This document shows positions 40,716-53,472 of a DNA stretch of 64,000 bases, piece after piece. Where the stretch lies: the NCBI GenBank assembly GCA_964187785.1, contig OZ076419.1, forward strand, positions 1,984,001-2,048,000, read 5' to 3'. Origin of the DNA: Amphiscolops sp. MND2022 (Eukaryota). The notes under the pieces are model-generated. The model saw only the letters and a program-made list of their open reading frames with translations. It was not told where the DNA came from and searched no databases. The stretch's first letter is position 1. The number at the start of each line of letters is the position of its first letter. Made by a program: the position numbers and the translations under genes.

Positions 40716-43622
40716 ACCTACTCAATAACAAAGTCTCCAGGTTAAAAACTCAGGAAACGCAAAAATGGTGCACGCCAACAAAACAGCTCTCGTGGCTAAT
40801 TTGTTGCTATAGAAAAAATTCGCAGTACCAGATGACCATTCAATTTGTCAGATGAATCATATCATTTGAGGAAATGCGTTTATCTTGTTGTCATTCTCAT
40901 TTTCCGCCCGCATTTTTCATAGGAAAATAACATACATTTAGGGTTCGTCGTCGATTCTTGGAAATTTTGCCATGTTCCAATTTTTCAACAAAACATTGCA
41001 ATTGCATTGTTTCGATGAAAAATTCGAACACGGCAAAAAGCGTTCTACAATAGTTAGGCTGCGAACCTAAATATATGTTACTTGAATTCTGTGGAAAAAC
41101 ATAAGTTGTTCCACGGAACTCAAGAAACATGAAATTAGGTTCTGCAATGTCACTTTTGGACTTGATCAAAATTCCTATTTCTTACTTTTCTTGCACTTCA
41201 ATGCTCACAGGTTATTCTCATTAGGAAGCCCATGGTATGTACATTGAATCGCATGAAGCAATATTTGCAAGTACTTGAACCAGTATTCATGACTGTTATA
41301 GGTAATTCCGTCTGGTTGCTGCAATTTTGAGCAGACTTTGAAAGTTAGGAGACTTTTAAAGTTTTTCTCAGTATGAAAACGCACAGTGTTTAACCACATC
41401 ATCTAGTATTATCTAGCTTTTGCTTATAGACACAGATGAAGTCAGATATGTTTGTCATAAACTTCAAACAATTTGAGAAAATTTTGTTAGGTGTTGGCAT
41501 CGAAAAATTTCGCTGAAATATTTTCGAGGGCGGAAAATATCTGTTAGGAGGGCGTCTATTTTCCTTTTCTAGATAATAGGCAACAAACCACAATTTTTGC
41601 AAGTTTTTATCGTCGACAGAAAACTCGTAAGAAAACTAGAATCTCCACGAAGCTAGAAAGCAAAACATCTAACAGCAATTCGTAATAAAAGGGATCACCC
41701 CAAGCAACCAATTGTAAATTTATTCCAAAGCTTGATGAGTGAATGAATTGCAGAAACAAATGACCCTCTTGAAGAACTACATGGGCTACAGAACGATAAC
41801 TGACTCTATTGAAAACTAAAGCCTCCCTGAGAGAAGAGTTTGAATTGTAAATGATTCTAGCTTTGTTTGAGTGCACAATGAACTGTTTTCCTTTTTGTTG
41901 CACTTGAAAGACTTTTCGAACAATTGCCCGTAATTTCTTGAGATTGATGATTTTTACAGGACATAATTTTTTGGAGGTATCTTTGAAGAAATGCTCGCTT
42001 CAATGGAAAAATTCAACAATTTACTCGCTTAAAAGTTTGACAACAATATAAATTATTGTCAAGTGTTTGTTTTTGTCTTTTCAAAATTCGTTCCAAATGC
42101 TTGCGTTCCATTCCATTCCAGGGCAGCTGAAAATTTTAGAACAAAAGTCCCATTTAGTTTTAACCTCTTGATTTCAATTGCAAACGTTTTGGTAAAAATA
42201 ATTCCAAGCATTAAGCACAAAAGAATGTAAACATTCAAAGTATGAACTTTTGTTGCATAACAAGGGAGTTTTCGCAAACCAGTTCTGCGCTATGGAGTTT
42301 TTTGTGATACTTGCCACGAATCCGGTCAATTGTGAAGCAGGGAAAACTGTGATCTTTTCTTAACTAACACGGGAACGGCCCTAGACGGCTCCCATAAATA
42401 CTCAAAGAGAGCAGAGTTTTTAATATGTAATGGAGGACTGTTATGAAATTTTTATCATATTGAGAGTGCCGGAAAATACCCGAAGAGATACCCACAATAC
42501 TGGAAAACCACTTTTTCAACAACTGGAAACATGTTTTTTTTAAAAAAATTCTTTCAAAACAATGTCGAAAAAAAATCCAAAGGAAGGACACTTTGGTGTC
42601 CCGTCTGCTTTTCGAAACGTGAAAAAGTTTGATTTACTGTGAGACTCGAACACTCCTGCTCTCAGACCTCAGAAAATCCTGGTTCAACTCTGAGCAGTTA
42701 GAAGTTACAACGGCAAGAAATGCTTATAGAAATCTGCATTTGCTATTTGAATAAAAATCAATGCTACAGACCGTTCTTCTTGCGTAATTGTGTGTTGTTA
42801 CTAAGCAGGAAGCGGAGGGTCGAAATTACTGCGCTATGTCCGATTTTTGACGTTATATTCGAAGTAAATTACGTTTCACTAAAGAGGAGGCCGAGGTTTT
42901 AAAAAAAAGCATTATAATATGACGCAGCAGGCTTTATTCGAACTTTTAACATTATATCCGAAGTAAATTGTGTTCTACTAGATAGCCGAGGTTGCGCTGT
43001 ATCAAAAGGAATGCGCTATAGCCGAAATTTGTTTTTTTTTAAACGATACGCGAACTGAAAAATTTCTAGCAGCATTTCAATAAGGTAACGTAGCACCATC
43101 TAACTAAATTTTTTTTGATTGATTCAAGTGTACTCATTCACTTTATTAAAGATTTTCGACTTGAAAAAAGTGTTTTGCGAGCTTTAAGTTCCACTTTTGG
43201 CAATTATGAAACTTTTTGCACCAGACAAATTTTTTAAATGCGTTTTTTTTCCATTTGTGGAAAAATGGTCCTATGATTATCCCTTCCGGTAATTTTTGTA
43301 ACGTCCAGTAGAAGGAGTACATACTAGGGCTGGGATAAAGCCTAAGTTGCCTGGACATGAGATTGTAGTCTATCTACAAGCCAGTTTTTCTCGCAAAAAA
43401 GTTCTCCTAGGGGAAATATCTAACGTTGAGGAGAATCCTCATTTTACCGCTTCGAGGCGATGTGCTGGCACGCTCAAAGTCCCTCCCACAAGCTAGCAAC
43501 AACGGTTCCTAGCTTGCCTTGCCTGAACGTTACAGTAACGGCACTATATAATTGATAAAATTTCGATTATAAAGTCCTCTTGCATATTTATAACTTAATA
43601 CTTTATGTCATATAAACTTACT

Positions 43623-43760
43623 AGTAATAAGGGAAGGGGGTTTACTGCAAATTATCGATCCCAAACAATCATCTGCAATTTTTCGATCCCAAACCACCGA
43701 GTGTAATTTTTCGATCCCAAACCGAAATTCGTCTAAGTCAGAGAGTTCGAAGTTCATTTT
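43623..43760 (+). repeat. Maverick-2 left TIR (recognisable part)
   Basis: Matches the reverse complement of ~59325-59450; has one extra TTTTCGATCCCAAAC sub-repeat. Confidence 0.85.
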
Positions 43761-44214
43761 GAACCAAATATAGATTATCAAATACTAAGCAAACCATCTG
43801 TCAGCCGTAGTCAAAATTACTTTGTTGTGCAAACTTCAGTACCAAAATCTGAAAATGAACAAAACTAACAAAAGTGAAAGTACGCTATCATTTTCTAACT
43901 TGGTCAATCCGATAATTCTACTTTCTCAGCTGATGAACTGAGCAACAATTCAAATCCATTTTCCATCAGTGTTATTGTGACGCTCTGTTATATTTTCATT
44001 ACAATTCTATAGTATCGGAAAACGTGAACCAGCACCGTGAAAAACCGTGGTCCCAAAATTCGAAATGCCGATTTTTTTCCGTGCTGATTTTTTGTAGTCA
44101 AATGAACGGACCACGACTTTTTACCATTTTATAAACTAAAAGAACGAATTTCACAATGTTTCATTGTACCCCTGTGATAAACTATATGGCTCGGAACGGG
44201 CTTAGAAAGATCAG

Positions 44215-47200
44215 ATGCGGAAAAAACATGACAGTCAAAGCAATTCCAATGCAAAATTGTTCCGATGTGGTGAATGTGATGCCAGCTTTACAATTAGCTC
44301 CAACTTGTTGAGACACATCAGGAAACAACACAATTCAAATAACAGTGTACGTTGCTTCTCCTGTCCCACATATTTCGGGAACGAGGCAGCACTAGTAGAT
44401 CACAACGAAATTTTCCATGGTGAAACAAAAGCCCCTCACTCGAATACCATTGATGTCTCTAGCTTGCTTGAGTTCACGACCAAAAGCAATGAATTCCAAA
44501 TTCCATATTCATCTCGTCAAGTTGGAGAGTGATGGAGCATTGGAGCCTTTCAATTATTTGGTTTCTCACAAAGATCGAGCTATTGGATTCGTGAACAATC
44601 TATTGAAAGAAACAACAAATGTTAAGCTGGGGATAACGATCAGTGTCAAGTTAGAGAAACCTTTTGAGAGCGAAGTTACCGAGGCTTTTTTCAATTCACC
44701 AATGTCCAGAATCGCATGTGCTTTCACTGATGATGAATACCATGAACATGTTGATGCATTGATGAGTCAGTTGAATGTCTTTGCTACTGGAGGCTCCGGT
44801 TGGGTGGTACAGTCCTTGAAGCGATTGGAAATCAAAACAGTGTCGTGCAGTAACGTAACTGGTGCTTCTTCCGTTGAAACGCTTGCGCTCCTAAAGCCAT
44901 TGACCCGAACCATTTTGAATATTGTTAACAAGCGGGACAATTTCTGCTTTTTGTATTGTATAGCGGCAGCATTGTTTTTTTTGCTGGAAGAGCTACAAGT
45001 CCCAAGTCACACCGGAAAAACATCCAACGACTACATTTCATTTCGAAACTAATGCCGATGCCCCTGACGTCAATTCCTTGCTTCAAAAGAAAAAATAACT
45101 GTTCCATCAACGTTTACCAATTGGAAGAGAGTAAATTAATAATGTCTCTGTTTATCACACAAAAAATTGGGAGGCGAGGAATAAAATTGACCTTTTGCGG
45201 TTAGTTGACAACAAAAACAATCTAATCACTACTGTTTGATCAAAACTTCTCCAATTTGATTCATTTCCTGACTCGATCGAAAGTTAAGCAAAGGAAGGGT
45301 CCCAAATCCCGCTTCTGTAGGAACTGCTTTCAACCCATTGTGAAACAAAACTTCAAGGAGCACGTCATGTTTTGCGAGACGAACGCACCGCTGGAAATAC
45401 GAATGCCTAACGAGTCAACAAGCATTGAGTTTTTTCATTGTGAGAAGACTCAAAAGTGTCCGTTTGTGGTCTATGCTGACCTCGAAGCAATCATTGTAGC
45501 CTCAACAGTTTTGCCAACTGCAACTCATGCCCGAACTCGAGAAGTGGAGAGACAGTACCCAGCAAGTTATGGTGCTGAGTTAGTTGATTCCAGAAGTAAG
45601 TTATCTTTTTTCTATATTCATACCATGTGCTTTCAATTGTGGAAGAAATTGTAAGCTTCGTAAACTGACTATACTGTTCCAGGCAATAAAACTACAAAGC
45701 AATCATTCTATAGAGGCAAAGATTCTAACTCCAAGTTGTTGGATACCCTGAGGAATTGGCTTTCCTGGTGTTATAAAGAAAACCAAAACTACAGTTTTCT
45801 GAACATTTTGAAGCAGCAAAGAAAGCTAATGCTTAAATCGTCAAAAACTTGCTTTGTTTGTGGAAAAAACGTTGAGAGATCAGATCGTGTTATACATCAC
45901 TGCCACTTAACTGGAGCTATATTCGGAATTGCTCATTCAAAATGTAAACTCAGAGTCCGAACGCCAAACTTTCTCTCAATTTTCTTCCACAATTTGTCCA
46001 GATATGATGCTCATCACATTATCAAAAATTTGAAACTGAAGCCATCCGAAAACTTTACAGCTATTTCAAAAACCGACGAAAATTTCATTTCTTTTAGTAA
46101 CAATGTTCCCGTGGGTACATACAAAAAGAAATGCGGGAAAGATGTAAAGTTGGTACATTCCTTCCGTTTTTTAGACAGTTATCAATTTGTTTTTCAGAGT
46201 CTTGAAAGTTTAGCAAGAACGCTGTCCCAAACAGACTTCAAGCATCTGAAAGATGGTTTTTCGGGAATTCCCGATGATTTATTTGGCAAGATTACCCGCA
46301 AATGTTTCATTCCCTGTAGGTATTTAGATAGCTTCGCAAAGTTTCAAAAGCCTCTACCAGAATTTGGCGAATCATGAAGAAACAGTCTCTCTGGTAAAAT
46401 TGACATAACCTTTGATGATTACCAGCACGCACTAGACGTTTACAGAGAGTTCAGATGTAGCATCCTTGGGGACTGCCATGACATCTACTTGAAAACAAAT
46501 GTGCTTATCCTCTCTGATATCTTTGAAAAGTTTAGAAGCGTCTGTCTCAGTGTATACAAACTTGATTGATCCTTCGCGTTTTTACTCAGCCCCAAAATTA
46601 AGCTGGGAAGCGATGCTCATATCAACTAATGTTAAACTAGGGTTATTAGAGGATATTGACATGCTTTTTTTCGAGCGGGCTATACGTTTGGCGCTTTTTT
46701 TGTTGTGACTTCATTGTAGGCTGGGACAATGCAAAAAATGATGCCCCTCGGAAATTACAAATGGAATACCGGTATCACGCAACCTTTGAATCGTTCCAAA
46801 AAATAAAGATAAGTTGGTGTCCGTGTCATTCAAAAGTTCATCTGTTTTATGGACCAAGCCTACTCCTGTTGGGGCTTCCAATCTCGATTTATCCAAGTTG
46901 TCCTTGTACAATTTTCATTATGAAGAAATAGTGCCACGCTACTCTTCAGATCGATTGAAAGTTGCTTATGAAGATACCGACTCCTTACTGTATCTGATTG
47001 AAACATCTGACCTAGATAAAGACATGGAAAGCTTCGAGCATTTATTGGATCTTTCCGACTATCCGCCAGAACATCTGCTGTATGACCCTGATAATAAAAA
47101 AGTGCCACTCACTATGACTAATGAACTCAATGGTAAAGTATTGCATGAAGTGGTTTGCCTGCGGTCAAAGTAAACCAGCATTGATTATATTGGCGGAAAG

Positions 47201-47452
47201 AAGCAAAGCGCGAAAGATGTACAGAAATCAGTGAATAAAACGATTAACCATGATTTGATTAAGGAGTGCATTTTCACAAAGAAGTCAGTGACCAAAACGA
47301 TGACCCAGTTACGTTCATCTGGTCATCAGATTCTCGACAATGAGATTGACAAAGTGGCAGTAAGTAGCTTTGATGACAAGCATTTCATTCTGGACAATGG
47401 AATATTGTCTCTGGCGTATGGCCACAATCGAATAATTTTCGAATCAGGTTAG
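44215..47452 (+). pseudogene. Maverick-2 protein-primed PolB with C2H2 fingers and an endonuclease-VII-like insert; frameshifts and internal deletions
   Basis: CGECD..HIRKQH finger, GGSGW, VYADLEA (Exo I), CFVC..HHCHLTG..AHSKC, FHNLSRYD (Exo II), damaged motif A (VTSL*), DTDS (motif C). Motif B was not found. Confidence 0.88.
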
Positions 47453-48067
47453 GTCATTAAATCTATGTTTTATTTTGAAAAAAATCATCTCGTTTTTTTT
47501 GTAGCGTCTTCATGCAGCACCAATGGTTCAAGTAGCGATAGGCCCTCCTCTAGTGAATCCAATCTCTCGACTGGTCCTTCATCGCCTGATTCAACAGACT
47601 CTGAATCTAGCTCCTCTTTGTCAGCTTTTCCTAATTCGAAAAGAATCCTCGAATCTGCCTTCAATTCTCTACCCTCATTTTGTATGTTTAGATAATACTG
47701 TCTTCGCATTTCCAATGGGAACTTTTCCACAAATAATTTTTTTTCAGCGAGCCCTGATCCGGGTTTCAATCAACAGCCCGTTCTAGACGATGATTTGTCA
47801 GATGTTATCGACTTTGATCGGCTCTCATACCTTGCCGACGAGGGAGCAAGTGAGTCTGAAGTACCAACTTGGGCCTTTTTAGACTGGGAAGCGCAGGAAA
47901 ATGAAATTTGTGAGCCCAAGTTCAAAAAGACGCGGGCATACAACGAACACAATGAAAATGTCTAATTGTGAATGAAACTTTGCTTCATCTAATCTCCTCT
48001 CTGTAATTCTGAAAAAACTCTACAAACTGAAAAAAACAGGTGTATACAGCATAGTATATTTATTCCC

Positions 48068-48610
48068 TCATTCATAAAATTTTGTATTTGAAAGTAGCGC
48101 CTTCAATTTTTTGTTGAAAAATTGTACAATGTCAATTTCAGCTGTTTGTAACAGCTCACATATTTTGTTCAATTCTAGAACAGTCAATGTGTATTTCACC
48201 AAGTAGTGTACCAAATACAGACAAAATAGGCCGCATAGATTTGAACTAGATTTTTGTAAGGGTAAATTAACAGTTGTGAAAGCGCCAGGGGCTCGACCAT
48301 AAAGATTGATTAGCCTGGTATGAAAGTGCTCCTAAAATGAAAGTAGTCGACCCAAACAATCTCACACAAAAGTCCTATTTTTGTCGCGAATGTTAATTAC
48401 TATCAAAAGCAGCCACTGTCGGCCACTTGAATTTGAAGGTTCAAAGTTTATGATCTGAAATTTGGTGACTCTGCATAGTTTGACCCTATTTCTCTTCTTG
48501 CTGCTCCTCTCCTTTACTTTAGGAAAATTGTCAGAGGACCAGATGCCACCAAATATGTGTTGAGTGGAGCCGCACAGCATAGCAATTCTTTTCAGGCTGA
48601 TGTTACCCAT
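48068..48610 (-). pseudogene. Maverick-2 adenain-like protease
   Basis: FGGIWSSDNFP..QIINFEPSNSSGRQWLLL (His position is Gln), LQKSSSNLCGLFC; two in-frame stops. Confidence 0.75.
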
Positions 48611-48688
48611 CGATCAAATTGTTTTTGGATACGTTTCGAGAAGAATCATTGAATATCTGACTGAATCATTCGCGAATAAGGAACAGCT

Positions 48689-49723
48689 CTATAGCGTCTT
48701 CAAGCGCTTTGGAAAATAAAGTTTCAATTTCAAACTGGAACCGGTGAGTTCGGGAAGTAAGGTCACGCTCTTGCTCGCTTCTTCCGTTGACGTCAAATCG
48801 AACACTAGAAAAAAGTGATTGTCTTCAAAATCTTCAAGTGTGATTCCGTTTCCACTTTTGCCAAATCTCAATGCTGTTATGGTGTTATAGTAGAACCGAG
48901 TGTTGTTGTTGGTGTTTAGGGGTGTTCCTGCTAGTGGGACGCCATTACCACGTTGAAACTCTACTCGTTCGAGTGCAAATTTTTGATAGGTGAAAGGCGA
49001 GGGCTTCAAAGGAGTGCTTCGAAAAAGTGATTTTTTAACCATACATAAGGTCAATCGACGAATTGGTTCCGTTCCAAACACATTCTCTTTGACAAAACAG
49101 TTTTGACCGGCTTGAATACCAAAACTCTTGTTCAAACTTTCAATGTAGGGGTAAATGGCTGCGCTTTTAACTAGAGCCTTCTCTATAGACAACTCTATAG
49201 GCGTGCAATGCCCCACACAAATCCATGGTACATTCGTTTTGTCGGTCAAATTCAGCATAAAGCGCAATAAGAAGGTCGAGCCGTTTACTAGACTTTGCGA
49301 GATAATTGTATCCTTGACATTTTGAACAAGTGTTTTTTGCTTCGGAATCCGTCGTGAGTTCAATTTCAATAAAAGCCGAATGTAAACAGCAATTGTTACT
49401 GTGTGAAATTAGCTTGCCATTCAGATATAATTCGGCATGAGAAAAAAGATTCTGCAACGTGTTATTTCCAAACACAATGTTTTGTTCATTCACTTTGAGT
49501 CGATCTTTGCCATCTTCTTGATAAATTCCAACTTTAACGTTCAATACAATACGGTTCAAGTCAATCAAGTTCTTTGATTCTGCAGAAATAAAAAAGTCTG
49601 AGGACCTTGACATCCAACGTGAAGAAACACTTCTTGGTCGTATGAGCCTTCGTAGTTTATTAGAACTTTGGGTTTTTCGGAAAAATCAAAAGCACTATGT
49701 GTCATTGGGCTAGCAATGTCCAT
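48689..49723 (-). pseudogene. Maverick-2 major capsid protein, copy A (internally deleted)
   Basis: NNTLQNLFSHAELYLNGKLIS, AIYPY, FFLVFDLTS. Confidence 0.75.
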
Positions 49724-49857
49724 AGCGCTCCCGAAGAAACATCCACTCGATGATGCTGATGCTGTAGCCAGCTTGCAGTGCGCGATTCAATCCGCTGCGG
49801 CTCCGTGGACTTCTGGCTGCCCTCCGACTGTGTTGCCGCTTTTAGCATCTTGGAATT

Positions 49858-50154
49858 CTAAGCAAGCGTTTGTTCAGCAGTGTTTTGGACTACCAATTTT
49901 AGCATTTTACGGATAACTCGTTTCTTGCCACTGAGCACTTGACCCATTTCAGGCAGTGCAGCTTCAAGTAAATTTTTTCCCACTTGTTTGGCGCTCGGTA
50001 ATATGTACTTTTTAATCACTGGAATGGCCACTCTTACCATTCTTACAGCAAAGGCACTCAAACCACCGCCTGCTCTCATTTGTCGAGCAGGGCCGCTGAA
50101 TGTTGGGTGATGCGAGGCTAAAGACTGTATTTGAGAGTCGTAATGAGCGTCCAT
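49858..50154 (-). CDS. Maverick-2 basic core-like protein, copy A
   Basis: MDAHYDSQ..RQMRAGGGLSAFAVRMVRVAIPVIKKYILPSAKQVGKNLL. Confidence 0.55.
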   Translation of the reverse strand: MDAHYDSQIQSLASHHPTFSGPARQMRAGGGLSAFAVRMVRVAIPVIKKYILPSAKQVGKNLLEAALPEMGQVLSGKKRVIRKMLKLVVQNTAEQTLA

Positions 50155-50638
50155 GACATCCGACTAGTGTTTGCGGAAATCTTTTGAAAAAACACTGATG
50201 GAAAAGTAGTGAGTGACGGCAACGGTTTGCTCCAACAAATGCTCCACAAATGATTTTGCCTAGAGTGGTTTGGGTCTAAGTGCTAGGGTAATGTTGGTTC
50301 GTCCGCAACTCAAAAATGTCATCGTTTGACCAATTTCGTTTGCCAATGAAAGCGTGATTGACTGAAACTGCGATTTGTAGACTCTCTTCCATTGCAAATT
50401 TATAAAACTTCTATGATTAACTTCTCTCCTCTTTTGACTAGAGTTGGATAAACTTTCAAGGGGACTGATAGAAGGAACGCTGAAATTTGGTGACTCTGCA
50501 TAGTTTGACCGTATTTCTCTTCTTGCTGCTCCTCTCCTTTACTTTAGGAAAATTGTCAGAGGACCAGATGACACCAAATATGTGTTGAGTGGAGCCGCAC
50601 AGCATAGAAATTCTTTTCAGGCTGATGTTACCCATCGA

Positions 50639-51941
50639 TCAAATTGTTTTTGGATACGTTTCGAGAAGAATCAATGAATATCTGACTGAATCATTCGCGA
50701 ATAAGGAACAGCTCTGTAGCGTCTTCAAGCGCTTTGGAAAATAAAATTTCAATTTCAAACTGAAACCGGTGAGTTCGGGAAATAAGGTCACGCTCTTGCT
50801 CGCTTCTTCCGTTGACGTCAAATCGAACACTAGAAAAAAGTGATTGTCTTCAAAATCTTCAAGTGTGATTCCGTTTCCACTTTTGCCAAATCCCAATGCT
50901 GTTATGGTGTTATAGTAGAGCCGAGTGTTGTTGTTGGTGTTTAGGGGTGTTCCTGCTAGTGGGACGCCATTACCACGTCGAAGCTCTACTCGTTCGAGTG
51001 CAAATTTTTGATAGGTGAAAGGCGAGTGCTTCAAAGGAGTGCTTCAAAAAAGTGAATTTTTAACCATATATAAGGTCAATCTACGAATTGGTTTCGTTCC
51101 AAACACATTCTCCTTGACGAAGCAGTTTTGACCAGCTTGAATAACGAAACTCCGGTTCAAACTTTCAATGTAGGGGTAAATGGCTGCGCTTTTAACTAGA
51201 GCCTTCTCTATAGACAACTTAACGCTGTCTGTCACAACCACTTTTCTGACACACAGAGATGTTTTTTCAATAACTCTTTGAACTTTTCCCTCCAGAGCTT
51301 TCGCTTCATCGTCTGAACCATTCAAAGACAGAAGCGTATTTGTGGAAGATCGGTAAAGGCGCAAATGAAGTGTGACACCGGGCACGAGAAGTTTTTCAGA
51401 ATCTAGAAAATCAATGTGCATTGCCCCACACAAATCCATGGTACATTCGTTTTGTCGGTCAAATTCAGCATAAAGCGCATTAAGAAGGTCGAGCCGTTTA
51501 CTAGACTTTGCGAGATAATTGTATCCTTGACATTTTGCCCAAGTGTTTTTTGCTTCGGAATCCGTCGTGAGTTCAGTTTCAATAAAAGCCGAATGTAAAT
51601 AGCAATTGTTACTGTGTGAAATTAGCTTGCCATTCAGATATAATTCGGCATGAGAAAAGAGATTCTGCAACGTCTTATTTCCAAACACAATGTTTTGTTC
51701 ATTCACTTTGAGTCGATCTTTGCCATCTTCTTGATAAATTCCAAGTTTAACGTTCAATACAATACGGGGCAAGTCAATCAAAATTTTTGATTCTGCAGAA
51801 ATAAAAAAAGTCTAGCTGAGGACCTCGACATCCAACGTGAGGAAACACTTCTTGGCCGTATGAGCCTTCGTAGTGTATTAGAACTTTGGGTTTTTCGGAA
51901 AAATCAAAAACACTATGTGTCATTGGGCTAGCAATGTCCAT
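50639..51941 (-). pseudogene. Maverick-2 major capsid protein, copy B
   Basis: MDIASP..EVFPHVG..GPQLDF, LFSHAELYLNG, LLVPGVTLHLRL, FVIQAGQN, VFDLTS; frameshifted. Confidence 0.8.
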
Positions 51942-52069
51942 AGCGCTCCCGAAGAAACATCCACTCGATGATACTGATGCTGTAGCCAGCTTGCAATGCG
52001 CGATTCAATCCGCTGCGGCTCCCTGGACTTCTGGCTGCCCTCCGACTGTGTTGCCGCTTTTAGCATCTC

Positions 52070-52372
52070 GGAATTCTTAGCAAGCGTTTGTTCAGCAGTG
52101 TTTTGGACTACCGATTTTAGCATTTTACGGCTAACTCGTTTCTTGCCACTGAGCACTTGACCCATTTCAGGCAGTGCAGCTTCAAGTAAATTTTTTCCCA
52201 TTTGTTTGGCGCTCGGTAATATGTGCTTTTTAATCACTGGAAAGGCCACTCTTACCATTCTTACAGCAAAGTCCCCCAAACCACCGCCTGCTCTCAATTG
52301 TCGAGCAGGGCCGCTGAATGTTGGGTGATGCGAGGCTAAAGACTGTATTTGAGAGTCGTAATGAGCGTCCAT
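52070..52372 (-). pseudogene. Maverick-2 basic core-like protein, copy B
   Basis: Paralog of 49858-50154. Confidence 0.55.
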
Positions 52373-52477
52373 GACATCCGACTAGTGTTTGCGGAAATCT
52401 TTTGAAAAAACACTGATGGAAAAGTAGTGAGTGACGGCAACGGTTTGCTCCAACAAATGCTCCACAAATGATTTTGC

Positions 52478-53472
52478 CTAGAGTGGTTTGGGTCTAAGTG
52501 CTAGGGTAATGTTGGTTCGTCCGCAACTCAAAAATGTCATCGTTTGACCAATTTCGTTTGCCAATGAGAGCGTGATTGACTGAAACTGCAATTTGTAGAC
52601 TCTCTTCCATTGCAAATTTATAAAACTTCTGTGATTAACTTCTCTCCTCTTTTGACTAGAGTTGGATAAACTTTCAAGGGGACTGATCAAAGCAACGCTG
52701 TACGCACATCTCCCAAAGTTTCGTTTTGAATCAAGTCACAATACACAAACATTGCATGACTTACGCCATTGAGATCAATTGGCCACTGTCCTTCATGTTG
52801 GACTATTCTGCCATCATCATCACCCCTCTCTGATGGTTGCTCGTTTGCCGAAGCGTCACTTTGGCAATCGATCAGTGTTGTCGTGTCCAAAATATTTTTC
52901 AAATCTTGAGACTTGGCTTTGACTACCAACCCGTGTGTCTTTACGTTTCCCACAAATTTGATTTGTAGCTCCTGTGTTGCGCAATCAACTTCCCATGAAA
53001 TAGAGGGTAGTCCAGACTTTGACACATCGTTCGTTTTTTTACTCATTGATTCGTCCAGCTTCACCCTTCCGTCAGTGGCGGTTTTGAAGATTGCTTTCAT
53101 GATTGAATCGATTGAAGCATTGCATTCAGTTCTGATTTGCTTCGTTTCGGGAGCAGTGAATTGCACGGTTGACGACCGAAATGCCCTAGGCACAGTCATT
53201 GATACGAGTCCTGTGGATCGTGTAGGATTTTGTTGAGTTGATGCTTGAGGAGTATCGATGCTTTTGGAGACTGTTATTTGACCATCAGTGACATTGCGAA
53301 TCATTGCCGGCCAAGACAGTTCGACGAGAGCTACTTGCCATTCACCCGGTAAATTGAAAGGCTCTGGTAAAAGAGTGGTAAAACTGGACAACCTGTTTCC
53401 CGGAAAGGTTTCCATTGAAGCGTTGGATATCAGGTTCAAGGTAAACTCGCATCCTTTTGTATCAATGGCCAT
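52478..53472 (-). pseudogene. Maverick-2 minor capsid (penton-like) protein
   Basis: FTLNLISNASMETFPGNRLSSFTTLLP..GEWQVALVELSWP..MFVYCDLIQNETLGDVRTALL*; one CGA>TGA-type stop at 52687. Confidence 0.75.

Larger units (their letters stand above)
48455..52700. repeat. Tandem duplication inside Maverick-2: copy A 48455-50482, copy B 50480-52700
   Basis: The junction shares CTG. Copy A lacks ~190 bp of the MCP; the copies are roughly 95% identical by eye. Confidence 0.93.

Noticed and set aside
41205-42277. Short minus-strand ORFs as a second lectin gene
   Set aside because: No conserved Cys/Trp pattern could be assembled.
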